DNA of 64,000 nt from Candidatus Binataceae bacterium. Its GTDB lineage: Bacteria; Desulfobacterota; Binatia; Binatales; Binataceae. A program made the position numbers and the translations under genes. The DNA lies in contig DATJMX010000022.1 in assembly GCA_035508495.1 (NCBI GenBank), forward strand, positions 44,139 to 108,138, read 5' to 3'. Shown in pieces: positions 1 through 11,659 of this stretch. The notes below the pieces were generated by a model that saw nothing but the letters and a program-made list of their open reading frames with translations, did not search any database and was not told the origin of the DNA. Every line of letters starts with the position of its first letter. Position 1 is the stretch's first letter.

Positions 1-2
1 CC

Positions 3-1526
<1,524 letters not shown>

Positions 1527-1545
1527 CCACCGACTCGAAACTCGC

Positions 1546-1569
1546 GCGGCGGGCGTAGTTGCCCGCCGC
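1546..1569 (+). other. GC-rich intercistronic stem-loop between dnaK and dnaJ
   Basis: Perfect inverted repeat GCGGCGGGC / GCCCGCCGC with a 6-nt loop, read directly. No U-tract, so more likely an attenuator or mRNA-stability element than a full terminator. Confidence 0.5.
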
Positions 1570-1610
1570 CGCGTAGCGTCCGCTGGGGTTATCGAATAAA
1601 GTAAGTCGCC

Positions 1611-2747
1611 GTGCCTCCTGCTCAGAAGCGAGACTATTACGACGTCCTCAGCGTTGCGCGCGGCGCCAGCGAAGACGAAATCAAGAAGGCCTATCGGCGT
1701 CTCGCGATACAGTTCCATCCTGATCGCAATCCCGGCAACAAAGAAGCCGAGGAACGTTTCAAGGAATGCAACGAGGCCTACCAGGTCCTCTCCGATGCGG
1801 AGCGGCGCGCGCAATACGATCGCTTCGGACATGCCGCGTTCCAGGGCGCGCAAGGCGGGCCCGGCGGCTTCGGCGGCTTCGATTTCAGCCAGGGCTTCGA
1901 GGAAGTCTTCTCAGACATCTTCGGTGATTTTTTCGGCACTGGCCGCGGTCGCTCAAGATCGCGCGCTCGGCGCGGTGACGATCTTCGCTACGATCTCGAA
2001 ATAGAATTCGAAGACGCCGCGCGCGGAATCGAAAAAACGATCAAGTTCCAGCGCCTGACTACTTGCGACGCGTGCAACGGCACTCGCGCCAAGGGCGGCT
2101 CTGGCGGCGCGAAGCAATGCCCCAACTGTCGCGGCACGGGCCAGGTCCGTACCCAGCAGGGATTCTTCTCGATCTCGACGACCTGTCCGCAATGCCGCGG
2201 CGAAGGTCAGACGATTTCCGATCCATGTCCGAAGTGCCAGGGGCAGGGACGCGTCCGCAAGGCCGAGTCACTCGCAGTCAAGATTCCACCGGGAGTGGAC
2301 AACGGCTCGCGGCTCAAGCTTCGCAACGAAGGCGAGGCCGGTTTCGGCGGTGGACCTCCGGGCGATCTCTACGTCGTAATCCACGTCAAAGAGCACGCGC
2401 TCTTCGTGCGGCAGGACAACGACGTTGTCATCGAAGTGCCGATCAGCTTCCCGCAGGCCGCACTTGGCACCGAGATGGAAGTGCCGACGCTCGACGGCAA
2501 AGTCAATGTGAAAGTTCCAGCCGGAACGCAATCCGGCAAAGTGCTGCGCCTCAAGAGCAAGGGCATCGTCGATCTCCACGGCTATGGCCGCGGCGATCAA
2601 CTCGTGCGGGTGATCGTCGAGACGCCGCGCAGCCTCACCGCCCGTCAGCGCGAACTGCTCGAGGAGTTCGCCAAGCTCGACGGCAAGGCCGTCAATCATC
2701 CGCTCTCCAAGGGCTTCGTCGATAAGCTCAAGGAAATGTTCGGCTAG
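1611..2747 (+). CDS. dnaJ: Co-chaperone DnaJ (Hsp40)
   Basis: GTG start. J-domain with HPD (QFHPDRNPG), G/F-rich linker, four CxxCxGxG zinc motifs ([32 protein letters not shown]). Follows dnaK. Confidence 0.97.
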   Translation: MPPAQKRDYYDVLSVARGASEDEIKKAYRRLAIQFHPDRNPGNKEAEERFKECNEAYQVLSDAERRAQYDRFGHAAFQGAQGGPGGFGGFDFSQGFEEVFSDIFGDFFGTGRGRSRSRARRGDDLRYDLEIEFEDAARGIEKTIKFQRLTTCDACNGTRAKGGSGGAKQCPNCRGTGQVRTQQGFFSISTTCPQCRGEGQTISDPCPKCQGQGRVRKAESLAVKIPPGVDNGSRLKLRNEGEAGFGGGPPGDLYVVIHVKEHALFVRQDNDVVIEVPISFPQAALGTEMEVPTLDGKVNVKVPAGTQSGKVLRLKSKGIVDLHGYGRGDQLVRVIVETPRSLTARQRELLEEFAKLDGKAVNHPLSKGFVDKLKEMFG

Positions 2748-2794
2748 ACGCTGTTTTGCGATTCTGATCGTATCTATATCTACCAGACAAATTG

Positions 2795-3202
2795 TTAGGC
2801 GCCCGACGCGTCGAACGCAGCTTCCCAAGCTGCGGTATCGGCATATTCTCGCATCCGGACGACCAGTCCGCTGCGCAACGTCCATACATGGACGCAATTG
2901 AAACTGCCATCGCGCCCGGTGGAGCGGATTCGGACCACTGGACGATGAACGGCGATAACGGAATCCCCGGAACCGACGATGATATCGGGATGATCCCTGA
3001 CCTCGGCAACACCGCCCATTGCGATGAGAAACCGTTCCGCGCCGAGACGGCCGCGCCAATGTCCCGCCCACGGAACCCGTTGCGAGCCGTACAAAAACAG
3101 CTCCACGTCGTCAGCCAGCAAGCTTAGGACGGCCGGAAGATTTCCGTCGTTAGTGAGCTGGTACAGCCGGCGTACAGTCTCAACGTTGTCGGTCTCGTTC
3201 AT
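2795..3202 (-). CDS. SnoaL/NTF2-like fold protein (function unknown)
   Basis: Internal ATG of the listed 157-aa ORF, with GAGGGG just upstream. About 135 aa; N-terminal VETVRRLYQ...DDVELF pattern is typical of SnoaL-like proteins. Assignment by recall only. Confidence 0.55.
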   Translation of the reverse strand: MNETDNVETVRRLYQLTNDGNLPAVLSLLADDVELFLYGSQRVPWAGHWRGRLGAERFLIAMGGVAEVRDHPDIIVGSGDSVIAVHRPVVRIRSTGRDGSFNCVHVWTLRSGLVVRMREYADTAAWEAAFDASGA

Positions 3203-3403
3203 CGGCCCCTCGTCGGGTGAGCTTTGTTGTGGTTTGCCTAAGCTAGGAAAGGACCCTCGCTGCGTCAAACTGCGGCTACAGCTCCGCGGAATCGGCTAGA
3301 CGCATCATGCGAGCGGCCTTCGTCCGTTCTTATCTCGCTGATGGCAGGATCTGTGGTGTAGTATCTGTTGCCGCCAAGTGCGGACGATGCGATCATCGCG
3401 GCC

Positions 3404-4417
3404 ATGAAGATCGTTCCGCGGCGCAAGCAAGCAGTTCGTCAGATCCTGATGGTCGGATTTGACGACGCCCAGATTCTCGATATCAGCGGGCCGCTCGAAG
3501 TTTTCTCGCGCACCTCCCGATTCATGGTTGACGAGAGCATAGCGACCGAGTCGCCGTATCATGTCGCGCTTACCGCGAATCGCCGCGGACCAATCGTCAC
3601 ATCGTCGGGGCTTTCACTTATCGCGCAAAGCTCGATACGCGATTGGAGTGAGCCAATCGATACGCTGATCGTGTCAGGCGGACGCGGCGTGACTGAGGCG
3701 GTTCGCGATCGTGAGTTGATTCGTTGGATAACAAGAATGGCGCCGCGCGTGCGCCGCTTGTGCTCGGTATGCACCGGCGCATTCATCCTGGCCGAAGCTG
3801 GATTGCTCAACGGACGCAGCGCCACTACGCATTGGCGGTGGTGTGAGCAACTCGCTGCGAACTATCCGAAGGTTCGGGTCGAGACCGATCCGATCTTCGT
3901 TCGTGACGGAAAGATCTATACCTCGGCTGGCGTCACCGCCGGTATCGATCTGGCGCTCGCCCTCGTCGAGCAGGATCACGGCCGCCGCGTCGCACTCGCA
4001 GTTGCGCGCGAGCTGGTAATGTTTCTGCGCAGGCCCGGTGGCCAGTCGCAATTCTCAGTTCAGCTCGCTACGCAATCAGCCGATCGGGAACCGCTTCGCG
4101 AGCTGCAGTCGTACATCGTCGACAATCCCGGAGCGGACCTCAGTGTGGCAAAAATGGCGAAACGAATCGCGATGAGTCCGCGAAACTTCGCCCGCGTGTT
4201 CGTGCGCGAAACTGGAATAACGCCCGCAGCGTTCGTCGAGCAGACGCGTATCGAATCTGCGCGCAGGCGCCTCGAAGAATCCAACGATGGAATCGAAGCA
4301 GTAGCCTCGGATTGCGGGTTCGGGACGCGTGAATCGATGCGGCGCGCTTTCATCCGGTGTCTCAACGTCGCGCCGAGTGAGTATCGCAACCGATTTCATA
4401 AATCCGATGCAGCTTAA
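3404..4417 (+). CDS. GlxA-family transcriptional regulator (DJ-1/PfpI-like domain + AraC-type HTH)
   Basis: N-terminal DJ-1-like domain with a CSVCTGAFILA nucleophile elbow. C-terminal AraC HTH (MSPRNFARVFVRETGITPAAFVEQTRIESARRRL...SEYRNRF). ATG 3404 preferred over TTG 3368. Confidence 0.85.
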   Translation: MKIVPRRKQAVRQILMVGFDDAQILDISGPLEVFSRTSRFMVDESIATESPYHVALTANRRGPIVTSSGLSLIAQSSIRDWSEPIDTLIVSGGRGVTEAVRDRELIRWITRMAPRVRRLCSVCTGAFILAEAGLLNGRSATTHWRWCEQLAANYPKVRVETDPIFVRDGKIYTSAGVTAGIDLALALVEQDHGRRVALAVARELVMFLRRPGGQSQFSVQLATQSADREPLRELQSYIVDNPGADLSVAKMAKRIAMSPRNFARVFVRETGITPAAFVEQTRIESARRRLEESNDGIEAVASDCGFGTRESMRRAFIRCLNVAPSEYRNRFHKSDAA

Positions 4418-4443
4418 ATCTCAGAACGTCCAGGAGAAAAACA

Positions 4444-5094
4444 ATGGATATCGCAATTCTGATTTTTGATGGCATAACGGCGCTCGACGCGGTCGGACCC
4501 TACGACGTGCTGTCAAACCTTCCGGACACGAACGTATCATTCGTCGGCGAGACGAAGGGCATTAAGCGAACGTCGCAAGGCTCACTGGGGCTCAACGCCG
4601 ATTTCTCGATTGGCGATATCGCTCGCACTGACATCCTTCTCGTGCCGGGAGGATTCGGCGAAGAACAGGTGCGCGCGAAGCCCGCGATGCTCGAATGGGT
4701 TCGATCGATTCACGCCAATACCAGGTGGACGACCTCGGTTTGCACCGGTGCCCTGATTCTCGGCGCGGCAGGAATACTCAAAGGCCTGAACGCAACTACT
4801 CACTGGTCGGCACGCGAACAGTTGCGTAGTTTCGGAGCGACGCCGGTCAAGGAACGCGTGGTGGAGCAGGGCAAGATCATCACCGGCGCGGGCGTTTCCG
4901 CTGGAATCGATCTGGCCCTCTGCCTAGCCCGGCGACTGGCGGGTGACGAAGCCGCGCAGGCGATCCAGGTCGGCATCGAATACGATCCGCAGCCGCCCTT
5001 CGACGGAGTATTCGAACACGCCCCGCAAGGAGTGCTCACCTACCTGATGAAAAGATATGAGCATAGGTTGAATCCGGCCGCAGCGAGGCGTTGA
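4444..5094 (+). CDS. DJ-1/PfpI family protein
   Basis: MDIAILIFDGITALDAVGPYDVL start and conserved SVCTGALILG cysteine elbow. Sits 26 nt after the GlxA-type regulator, a common pairing. Confidence 0.85.
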   Translation: MDIAILIFDGITALDAVGPYDVLSNLPDTNVSFVGETKGIKRTSQGSLGLNADFSIGDIARTDILLVPGGFGEEQVRAKPAMLEWVRSIHANTRWTTSVCTGALILGAAGILKGLNATTHWSAREQLRSFGATPVKERVVEQGKIITGAGVSAGIDLALCLARRLAGDEAAQAIQVGIEYDPQPPFDGVFEHAPQGVLTYLMKRYEHRLNPAAARR

Positions 5095-5100
5095 TCGCTG

Positions 5101-5484
5101 TTAGCTCGGCAGATGAACCAACTCGAGCTTGAGGCCGTCAGGATCGGTAAAAAACACGGAGTAGTAGCCGGGCGCATAGTCATACTCGCGCGGCGGATCG
5201 GTAACCGTTCCGCCGTGCGATGCGATCTCACTCGCGAGGCTGTCTATCTGAGCGCGACTTTCGGCTAAGAAGGCAATCTCGCAGAGTCCCACGCGATGGC
5301 GATGAAACGAGTCGCGATGGAATGGCGCCTCGGCCTCCTGGACCCAGAATGAACCGGCGTCGTTATAAAAACCGATGCCGCGTTTGCCCCCTTGCGGATA
5401 TTCAAATGAGCGCGAATAGCCAATCTGCAGCATGAGCCACGAGTAGAACTTTTTCGCCTCCTCGAATCGATTCACGTTTATCAT
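5101..5484 (-). CDS. VOC (glyoxalase/bleomycin-resistance/dioxygenase) family protein
   Basis: 127 aa ending in a typical FFTDPDGLKLELV beta-strand motif. Its ATG overlaps the upstream gene's TGA by 1 nt (TGATG). Confidence 0.8.
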   Translation of the reverse strand: MINVNRFEEAKKFYSWLMLQIGYSRSFEYPQGGKRGIGFYNDAGSFWVQEAEAPFHRDSFHRHRVGLCEIAFLAESRAQIDSLASEIASHGGTVTDPPREYDYAPGYYSVFFTDPDGLKLELVHLPS

Positions 5485-7520
5485 CAGATGGTTGATTGGG
5501 CTGTTGATTGGTCTGCTCCCTCGTTCTGGTCAGGCAATAATATCAACTCGGAATGTTTCGACGTGCGTTTCGAAATGGCCGCGGCAAAGGGTTCGGCCAC
5601 CAGACAGTAGATAAAGGGTATAATCGCCACCGTATATCGTCCGTACTCAAACTCGACAAATGCGCTCGAAACAATATATCCGGACGGAATTATCGCAAAT
5701 GAAAGCAAAATCATACGCTGGCGCAGGAACGGGATTGAGGCGAGGCCGGCTATAGCCAGCCAGGGAAGGAAGGTCCAGGTTGCAGCGAACTGCTGCTCCA
5801 GTCGTTCTCGCCACAACAAACTGCCCGCATGAACGCCTAGAATAGGCACCGACTCGAGTTCCGCGGTGTATTTATCCGGCACTGACCACCATGGGACCAG
5901 AGGAACTGGATTATGGAAGAATTGCGTCCATGACTGCTGCAACGAGAAAACAATGAATTGCCAGGGTGATTCGCAAATACCCTCCCAGGAAACCCGTCTC
6001 ATCAAGGCCTCGGTTTCTTCGTAGTCCAATCCCTGCTTTTTCAGAAGCGCCGCGATCTCCCAGTGGGCTTTACCTTCGGGATTCACTGGCTCGATTAACC
6101 GGAGGAATCGCGCTGTGGCAGGCGCGCTCTTATCAAGCAGAAACTGATCGGTGACGACACGATTGTACAGATGGCGTCCGAGCGAATTGGCGAGAGCGAA
6201 GGAGCCTGATCTCAATCCAAACCAGATAGTGGGCAAGGCAACTGTTCCTATGGCTATCGCGAGGATCAGGCCGAAGCGTTTGACCCCATTTATTAACGGC
6301 TCGGCGCCCAACATCACGAGAAGAATCGCCGGACCCGCGGCGGCCAACGGCACGATCCGGGCCAGTCCAGCCCAGCCCAGCAACAGGCCGCTAATGATCC
6401 CATGGCGCCTCACATGGGAGTCCCGATAACAAACCGCGAAATAGAGCGCCCCGGCCATTCCAAACAGCGCCGCGTTCTCGGACATGATCGCTTGAGGCAG
6501 AAAGAGCGTGGGAGCAGCGGCGCCCATCGCCAAGGTAGTCAGATATGCGAGCGGCTGGGCAACGCACCGCCGCAGAAGTCGAAAGCACCACACAATTGTC
6601 GCAATCATCATTACATGTTGGATCAGGGTAATGACTGAACCGACGTTGACTGCTGACACGAGATACCCAATACCAACCAAAAGCGGATAGCCCGGCGGAA
6701 AGTATGCAGGCCAGCCTTGGACATTGAATTTCAAAGTCGGAAGCTGATTCAGACTGTCGTATATCAATCCGACACACTGAGCGGACCAGACGAGAAGGTG
6801 CAGCGCACTTAGATACGCTGTTAACCAAAACTCCGTTCGTCTCCTGTCCAGACCAGGTCGAACCGCAGCAACCATGACGAAGCTCACGACTAGCCAGAAG
6901 GCGAACGGCCAGTGAGATGCCACTACCGGCGTCGGCAAGTCCACCGCCACGATAGGATCGGCTGGCAGGTGCGAACAATCATCCCCCCAAATCTTGCCGG
7001 CGTCTGTACTGATACTGAGATGTTCGCAAGGATTGCCACGGTTGAACAGAACAGCAGCACTTGTGCCGCTGAACGAAACTGATGCTGGCTCGGCCGTGTC
7101 GGAAGGATTCAATCGCGCCGCCCAGCCTGCGCGCCGCGGCCAAGCTGTCGGATCACTCCCTTCGGGATCCTTCGGACGATCTGCCGAATCCCAGCCGGGC
7201 TCCCAACTGCCGCTCAGGATCAAATCGCCGGGGCGTGCCCTGCGTCCATCAACGACCAGACGCACAACTGAAACTCCAGCGTGAGTATCTTCTGGCGTGC
7301 TGGGCCTTGACCCGGACACATTGATGGTAAATCTCGATACGTCTTTTGGCGTCGGTTCAAAAACTCCGCGGAGAGAAAGTGTAGCCGACCACGCCAGGAA
7401 GATAGCGGATAGTAAGCTGATCGTTAAAATCGCAAGCGCCGCCTTCCCGCGATAGTCGGCAAGCGCGCCGCGCATGGCATGTACAAGGCAACTTCGCGAT
7501 AGTCGATTCCTGGGCGTCAA
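5484..7520 (-). CDS. Polytopic membrane protein, GT-C-fold (PMT_2/ArnT-like) glycosyltransferase candidate
   Basis: 678 aa: one N-terminal TM helix, a ~170-190 aa non-membrane segment, then many TM helices including a YFPPGYPLLVGIGY-type loop. TTG 7520 overlaps the upstream stop (TTGA); ATG 7475 is an alternative start. Confidence 0.6.
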   Translation of the reverse strand: MTPRNRLSRSCLVHAMRGALADYRGKAALAILTISLLSAIFLAWSATLSLRGVFEPTPKDVSRFTINVSGSRPSTPEDTHAGVSVVRLVVDGRRARPGDLILSGSWEPGWDSADRPKDPEGSDPTAWPRRAGWAARLNPSDTAEPASVSFSGTSAAVLFNRGNPCEHLSISTDAGKIWGDDCSHLPADPIVAVDLPTPVVASHWPFAFWLVVSFVMVAAVRPGLDRRRTEFWLTAYLSALHLLVWSAQCVGLIYDSLNQLPTLKFNVQGWPAYFPPGYPLLVGIGYLVSAVNVGSVITLIQHVMMIATIVWCFRLLRRCVAQPLAYLTTLAMGAAAPTLFLPQAIMSENAALFGMAGALYFAVCYRDSHVRRHGIISGLLLGWAGLARIVPLAAAGPAILLVMLGAEPLINGVKRFGLILAIAIGTVALPTIWFGLRSGSFALANSLGRHLYNRVVTDQFLLDKSAPATARFLRLIEPVNPEGKAHWEIAALLKKQGLDYEETEALMRRVSWEGICESPWQFIVFSLQQSWTQFFHNPVPLVPWWSVPDKYTAELESVPILGVHAGSLLWRERLEQQFAATWTFLPWLAIAGLASIPFLRQRMILLSFAIIPSGYIVSSAFVEFEYGRYTVAIIPFIYCLVAEPFAAAISKRTSKHSELILLPDQNEGADQSTAQSTI

Positions 7521-8365
7521 CTAACTGTGCTCGCGAAATCGGCGAAGTCTGAATTTCTCAATGCCGCGACCAGTTCGGCATGATTAGCGATTAGTTTCGA
7601 ATACGGCAAATTAATCGCCTTGCGAAGCCGGACATCAGGGTGGAAATCGAATGGAACGTCGAAGCCTTTGGCAATGTCCATCAGCGGCCCCGGGGCCCGT
7701 ACGCGTTCGCCTTCCGCCGCGTCGTCGAGTTGCTCTACCAGCTCTTCGTAGCTGCAATCGATCACGCGCACGCCCGTGGAGAATCGGAGAAATGCTTTGC
7801 GATCCCGTACTATCTGACGCGCGCGTACCAGGCATTCCTCCGGAGCAATCGTGTATTTGCCGTCAATCGACATCCCCACGTAATCGTGCCAGACGCCTCG
7901 CTGCTCTGCGATCATCGCGGAGATTGCGCAGTGAATGATATTCCGACGCACAATGTGGATCGCAATTGCGTCCCTTGCTCTCAAATATTCGATGAAAAAT
8001 GGAGTATCGTCGTATTGCCGGTCAGGTGGATCGAGGCTTCGAAGCTGGTTGTACTTAATATCCAGTCCGATCGCGCTCACATCGCTCTTGTCGCCATCGA
8101 TCCAATGATTTCGAACGCGGTAGTCGACGAACGCGATATACTTGTCGAGCAGTGCCCGCGCGCGATTCGCCGATACGATCGGGCGTTCCGCCACCGGGAG
8201 CATAGCCAGGAAGTTTGCCCAGTGCGCGGGCGCAGTGCTGGGCGAAAAAACTTCGCCGAGCATCGCGATGTCGCCATTTGTGTTCAGGATCTCGCGCAGC
8301 AGGTTCGTGCCGGTCCGCTGCGCACCGACTACCACGAAGAGCAAATCTCGCCGTTTTCCGCTCAC
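7517..8365 (-). CDS. Sulfotransferase family protein (Stf0-like, PAPS-dependent)
   Basis: 5'-PSB-like loop VVVGAQRTGTNLL near the N-terminus and a 3'-PB-like HIVRRNIIHCAISAMIA segment. Confidence 0.75.
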   Translation of the reverse strand: MSGKRRDLLFVVVGAQRTGTNLLREILNTNGDIAMLGEVFSPSTAPAHWANFLAMLPVAERPIVSANRARALLDKYIAFVDYRVRNHWIDGDKSDVSAIGLDIKYNQLRSLDPPDRQYDDTPFFIEYLRARDAIAIHIVRRNIIHCAISAMIAEQRGVWHDYVGMSIDGKYTIAPEECLVRARQIVRDRKAFLRFSTGVRVIDCSYEELVEQLDDAAEGERVRAPGPLMDIAKGFDVPFDFHPDVRLRKAINLPYSKLIANHAELVAALRNSDFADFASTVS

Positions 8366-8374
8366 GTGCGACGA

Positions 8375-9229
8375 CTAGCTAGTCCTGGCGCCGATGAGCG
8401 ATCGGACCGCGAGGTTGACGCGCGCCCATGCCGACCAAAACTCTTGATTTTCTGATCCTGCGTCGGTCGTAGCGAGCCGTCGCAGCCACAAATAAGCTTC
8501 GCGCGTCAGCGTGCTGATTCCCAGGATCGTCTCGAAGTCAAACTCGCTGAATTCACTGTGACGGAGCTCCGCGGCGAGGAATTCGTTGATAAAGTATTCG
8601 ATCTCATTCGAATTGGCTTCACCGGGAAGCTTTAATGCGGACGAAATTCGATCCAGCTCGCTGCGCGCGTCGTCCATGAGGTAATCGTAGTCGGCCACGA
8701 CGAAAGGCCGGGTCCTGATTAAATGCAAATTCGGAACTGAGTATGCGAGCCACAGCTTGTGAGCGGTGGGCGCGTCCATGTATTGACGTTGGAGCAGCGA
8801 GCTGGCGACGCTGAGCGGATTGCGAACGGCGACCAGGTAGTTGTCCTCGACCCCTATCGTTTCCAGCACCGAGCGCCAGAAGGGCAGAAGCCGAATGGTG
8901 CGTGGATCCTTGAAGCCCCACAACGGATGGCTGGCGAAGTTCCGCCGGAGATGATCGACGGCGAGATCCTTTATGATTGCGACGGCGGGCTTTTCGCAGA
9001 AGTCGTCGTCGATTAAAGCTACGTCTTCCCAGCGAAGACCCAACGTTGAGAGAAGACGTTCGTTCAAAGCCACAATCGTGCGATCTTCCCAATAGCCAGT
9101 TGGATTATCCGGCTTAGTCTCAAGGAAATCATCGCCGAGATATACACCCAGCGCTTTGAGGCCGCGCGCGAAGGCGCTGGTGCCACTGCGATGCATCCCG
9201 AGAACTACAACAGCGCGTGATTTAGGCAT
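8375..9229 (-). CDS. Sulfotransferase family protein
   Basis: VVLGMHRSGTSAF (5'-PSB-like) and LVAVRNPLSVASSLL (3'-PB-like). Start is ATG 9229 or TTG 9241. Stop lies 9 nt upstream of the next sulfotransferase's start. Confidence 0.75.
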   Translation of the reverse strand: MPKSRAVVVLGMHRSGTSAFARGLKALGVYLGDDFLETKPDNPTGYWEDRTIVALNERLLSTLGLRWEDVALIDDDFCEKPAVAIIKDLAVDHLRRNFASHPLWGFKDPRTIRLLPFWRSVLETIGVEDNYLVAVRNPLSVASSLLQRQYMDAPTAHKLWLAYSVPNLHLIRTRPFVVADYDYLMDDARSELDRISSALKLPGEANSNEIEYFINEFLAAELRHSEFSEFDFETILGISTLTREAYLWLRRLATTDAGSENQEFWSAWARVNLAVRSLIGARTS

Positions 9230-9297
9230 GGCGCAAACCAACCAGCCCTGGACGCTGGACTATCGGCCGCGTGTCGACGCCGGCCTTTCTTGCCGCT

Positions 9298-11418
9298 TCA
9301 CCCTGTCACCGCGGGACCCTGCTCGCCGCGCGAAAGCGGGCTGCCCAGCATCACATCGCGCTCGAACTTGAGGCCCTGGCTGAAGAGAATCGCTTTCGAA
9401 AGCGACCTGCTGACCGAGGGTGAAATTTTACCGTTGAGCGTGGTGTAAGGCCGAACGCTCCGCACCGCGTTGACCAGTGAATGCACCATGCTCTCGGCAT
9501 CGACATCCTCCCGATAGCCGACCAGGACTTCGGGAATCGTCTCTATCGTGTGCCCCATCAGCGCAGCCTTGGAAAAGATTTCCCAGTCGTCCAGGGTTCC
9601 CACGGCGACGTCGGTAAAACCGCCGATACGATCGAACGTTTCGCGGCGCATGAGAGCATTGGGGCTGCCAAAACAATTAATGAATGCTCCAGTCGCGGCG
9701 TCGCCGCCGAGGAACGGCCGCCGCGAATGCTCGAAGCGCTCGGACGTCGAGCCAACGTAGAAACTCAAAGTGGCTGTTACTACGTCGGCAGCAGTTCGCT
9801 GCGCGACTTGAACAAAAATCGAAAGTGCCGAGGGATTGAGCAGCAGAGTGTGGTCGTCTATGAAAAATAGATATTCGCCCCGAGCTTCGCGCGAAGCGAC
9901 GTTGCGCGCTGCCCCGATGTCCCAGCTTGGGCGCGCGAACCTCTTCACCGTTTCGAAGTTCAGGTTTGCGCCGTGATTCTGGTTCGACCCCGGATCGTTG
10001 CTGCCGCACTGGATCAGGATCAGTTCAAGGTGCGGATAGTCCTGTTGCCGCAACGATTCCAACGTGGACGCGATACCGTTCTCGTTGCCACTGTACGCGA
10101 AACATATGCTGACCAGTGGAAAGATCGATTCGGTGCGTGCGCCGTTACGCGAGCGCCGCGGCGCACTATTCTTTGGCGCCGCAGCCAGACTGGTATGCCA
10201 TCGCACCCATCTTCGTTCGATGTCCTCGAACGCATCCGAGGGGCGTGCAGTTGGTCCGCCCGATTTGAGCGCGGCGCGGATTCGCTCGGCCATGACATCC
10301 GCGCGCGGTTCGAAGCAAACCTTTTCCTTGTCCTCGGGCGACATGATTTCCGGAATCCCGCCAATGTTGCTGGCCAGGAACGGAATACGCGCGCCGATAC
10401 ATTCGAGCACGGTATTCGGGAAGTTATCGCCGAGCGACGAAATGACCGCGAGGCGTCCGGGCTGACGCAGATACTCGATCGCGCCGCGCTGATTCTTGTT
10501 GCAGACGACGTGCCAGGGCAGCGACCATCGCCGCGCCCGATCGCTGATATACGCAATGCTGGAGCGGCCGTAGATCTCGGTTTCCTTGCCGAGAAAGGTA
10601 ACCTCGAAGGGTCGTTCACCCGGATTCACTGATAGTTCGTCCAGCGCGTCGCAAAATACCTTCAGACCTTTCCTGATCTCGAGGCGGCCGAAGAATACTA
10701 CTTCACGGATTTCCTGGCTTCTGGCTAGCGACGGCCGTTCCTGGTCGAGTATTCCTTCTGGAAGAACATATGGAGCTATGTAAGTCTGCTCGGGAAGCTG
10801 CCATCCGTTGCTTTGCACCCAGTCGAGCAGGTAGCGGCTGGGACTGGTTACTATATCGGCGGCCGCGACGCTGACTCGCTCCATATAGTCAATTTCGAGT
10901 TCGCCGATATTGCGCAGGAAATCCTGGTTGCCCTCCTTTACCCAGAAGGTGGGTCCATGCGTACTTACTACGAAGGTGACATTGCGGAACGCCAGTCCCT
11001 GGCGCTTTGCAAGCAGGCTATAAAATGCAATTCCCTGGCATTCCGGGAAGTGAATTATGTCGAAATCGGCCTGATGCTCCTTGAGCCAGTTGTAGGCATG
11101 ATAGGAAACGCTCGAGGCCCACGAGGCGTGAATGCGCGGATTGTGCGGCAGCGGCAACTGGACGAGGTTGATCCCCTTGCGCGTGCGATAATGCTCGGCC
11201 CAGTCCACGATGTTGCCGTCATTGCACACCGAGCCCTGCAGATAGAGGACGGTGACCTCCTGACCCGCCCGGCGCAGCGCGTCGGCAAGGCTCGTGTAGG
11301 CGGTGCCGATACCCCCGTTGCGAGTTGGTCCTTCGATTTCCCAGGTCGCGATGCAAACGCGCGGGCGCCTGCTGGTGGTCACCTCGACTTCGGGTAACGT
11401 GGGAAACATCACTGCCAC
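9298..11418 (-). CDS. Bifunctional glycosyltransferase (N-terminal GT4 fused to C-terminal GT2)
   Basis: GT4-like N-terminus (CIATWEIEGPTRNGGIGTAYTSLADAL) with an E-x7-E region (GGIPEIMSPEDKE). GT2-like C-terminal half (VSICFAYSGNENGIASTLESLRQQDYPHLELILI, FFIDDH). Confidence 0.8.
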   Translation of the reverse strand: MAVMFPTLPEVEVTTSRRPRVCIATWEIEGPTRNGGIGTAYTSLADALRRAGQEVTVLYLQGSVCNDGNIVDWAEHYRTRKGINLVQLPLPHNPRIHASWASSVSYHAYNWLKEHQADFDIIHFPECQGIAFYSLLAKRQGLAFRNVTFVVSTHGPTFWVKEGNQDFLRNIGELEIDYMERVSVAAADIVTSPSRYLLDWVQSNGWQLPEQTYIAPYVLPEGILDQERPSLARSQEIREVVFFGRLEIRKGLKVFCDALDELSVNPGERPFEVTFLGKETEIYGRSSIAYISDRARRWSLPWHVVCNKNQRGAIEYLRQPGRLAVISSLGDNFPNTVLECIGARIPFLASNIGGIPEIMSPEDKEKVCFEPRADVMAERIRAALKSGGPTARPSDAFEDIERRWVRWHTSLAAAPKNSAPRRSRNGARTESIFPLVSICFAYSGNENGIASTLESLRQQDYPHLELILIQCGSNDPGSNQNHGANLNFETVKRFARPSWDIGAARNVASREARGEYLFFIDDHTLLLNPSALSIFVQVAQRTAADVVTATLSFYVGSTSERFEHSRRPFLGGDAATGAFINCFGSPNALMRRETFDRIGGFTDVAVGTLDDWEIFSKAALMGHTIETIPEVLVGYREDVDAESMVHSLVNAVRSVRPYTTLNGKISPSVSRSLSKAILFSQGLKFERDVMLGSPLSRGEQGPAVTG

Positions 11419-11508
11419 AGCTCAATCCTTCCTGGCCTTTTCATCTCGCGGCTTCGCGCGACGTCGCACGCGCCGCGGGTGTTCCTTAGCAGGTCTATTG
11501 TTCTGTTT

Positions 11509-11524
11509 CAATGAAGTTTCATTG
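11509..11524. promoter_or_regulatory. AT-rich palindrome CAATGAA-GT-TTCATTG in a divergent promoter region (candidate operator)
   Basis: Perfect 7-bp inverted repeat with a 2-nt spacer, read directly. Lies between the divergent glycosyltransferase operon and the ABC exporter. Confidence 0.3.
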
Positions 11525-11659
11525 GCGAAGTGATGCCAAAGCATCGCCTGCTCGCAGATCAGCGCAAGCGCTGCCGTTATGATGACGATTCCATCCGACG
11601 GGTCTTTTGTAACGCCATCGAATCTTGTTCTGCGCGCCGACTCAACATACCGTGGCGCA

